Assembly (NCBI GenBank): GCA_038891175.1
Contig: JAWAET010000001.1
Span: forward strand, 1-43,944
DNA from: Candidatus Pacearchaeota archaeon
GTDB taxonomy: Archaea > Nanobdellota > Nanobdellia > Pacearchaeales > GW2011-AR1
DNA length: 43,944 bases
Direction: 5' to 3'
The notes below the pieces were generated by a model. That model worked only from the letters and a program-made list of their open reading frames with translations, did no database searches and was not told where the DNA came from. Each line of letters starts with the position of its first letter. Positions within the stretch are counted from its first letter, which is position 1. Below, one piece after another: positions 43,278 through 43,944 of the stretch. Made by a program: the position numbers and the translations under genes.

Positions 43278-43944
43278 ATGAGCGTTTTTTTAATAATCCC
43301 TGCTTTTAATGAAGAGAAAAGAATAAAAAATACTTTAAATTCTTATATTTCTTTTTTCAGAAAAAAAAGAATCTCTTACGAAATACTTGTAGTATCTAAT
43401 GCTTCATCTGATAGAACTGATGAAATTGTTAAAAAATTTAAAAAGAAAAAAGTTTTCCTTCTTTCTCTCAAAGAAAAAGGAAAAGGACTGGCTGTTTATG
43501 AAGGTTTTAAAAAAGCTATTAAGTCAAATAAAAAGTATATAGGTTTTGTAGATGCAGATATGGCTACTCCTCCTTACTCTTTTGAAATACTTCTTAATAA
43601 AATTCCTTTTTATGACTGTGTTTTTGCTGATAGGTCTCTCCCAGATTCTAAAATTTTTTCTTCTTCTTTTTTTAGAAGAAAACTTCTTAATAAAATTTTT
43701 AATTTTTTTGTTAAACTTTTTTTTGGATTAAATTTCAGTGATACTCAATGTGGTGCTAAACTATTCAAAAAAGAGGTAATTAAAAAAATTATCTCTCATC
43801 TACATTGTAAAGGATATATCTTCGATGTTGAGCTTTTATTTCTTCTCAATAAATTCAATTTTAAGATTAAAAACTTAACGACTATTTGGTTCGATAGAAA
43901 AGGAAGTAAAATAAACATTTTTTCTGATTCTTTTAAAATGTTTT
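43278..43944 (+). CDS. GT2-family glycosyltransferase (dolichyl-phosphate sugar synthase-like), 3'-truncated by the window edge and absent from the ORF track
   Basis: My translation is MSVFLIIPAFNEEKRI...ILVVSNASSDRTDEIV...GKGLAVYEGF...FVDADMATPP...SDTQCGAKLFKK...FDVELLF. These are GT-A fold motifs (the DxD-like DAD). The frame is open to the end of the window. Confidence 0.8.
   Translation, partial: MSVFLIIPAFNEEKRIKNTLNSYISFFRKKRISYEILVVSNASSDRTDEIVKKFKKKKVFLLSLKEKGKGLAVYEGFKKAIKSNKKYIGFVDADMATPPYSFEILLNKIPFYDCVFADRSLPDSKIFSSSFFRRKLLNKIFNFFVKLFFGLNFSDTQCGAKLFKKEVIKKIISHLHCKGYIFDVELLFLLNKFNFKIKNLTTIWFDRKGSKINIFSDSFKMF

Overview
This is a very AT-rich, tightly packed archaeal chromosome segment. 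Markers include archaeal r-proteins eL43, eL21 and eL18, RNA polymerase subunits Rpo3/4/10/12, PolD DP1/DP2, Orc1/Cdc6, an intron-containing tRNA and many abutting or overlapping genes. My inference is a small-genome DPANN-like archaeon. The housekeeping content is: (1) an L37Ae-RpoP-prefoldin beta remnant of the exosome superoperon, SepF and PEP synthase. (2) Two paralogous MacB-type ABC transporter and surface-protein modules. (3) A stand-alone 5S rRNA. (4) The L21e-RpoF-DUF655-S13-S4-S11-RpoD block, split from L18e-L13-S9 by a 4.5 kb insert. The insert carries four tRNA genes, two enzymes and a zone of decayed genes. (5) An Lhr helicase with a PdeM-like phosphoesterase. (6) A cdc6-polD(DP1)-polD(DP2) operon next to a predicted oriC, with inverted ORB boxes flanking an AT-rich unwinding element. 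The accessory content lies between rps9 and lhr (about 22.9-32.0 kb). It holds a translationally coupled PIN RNase and Rnl2-like RNA ligase, and a DUF1814/AbiEii-like nucleotidyltransferase that shares the same promoter/operator motif. It also holds a serine-recombinase DNA-binding module without a catalytic domain, XerA, and a 77-bp copy of an internal xerA segment 2 kb away. Further along are a palindromic GTTTAAAC iteron array and two convergent coiled-coil/wHTH paralogs whose linkers are built from those repeats. One of these linkers contains two near-consensus ORB boxes identical over 15 nt to the cdc6-linked box. My top candidates for something new are the PIN/ligase/NTase RNA cut-modify-reseal island and the ORB/iteron origin-like module. 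All calls come from reading motifs by eye, so hand-derived coordinates may be off by 1-2 nt.
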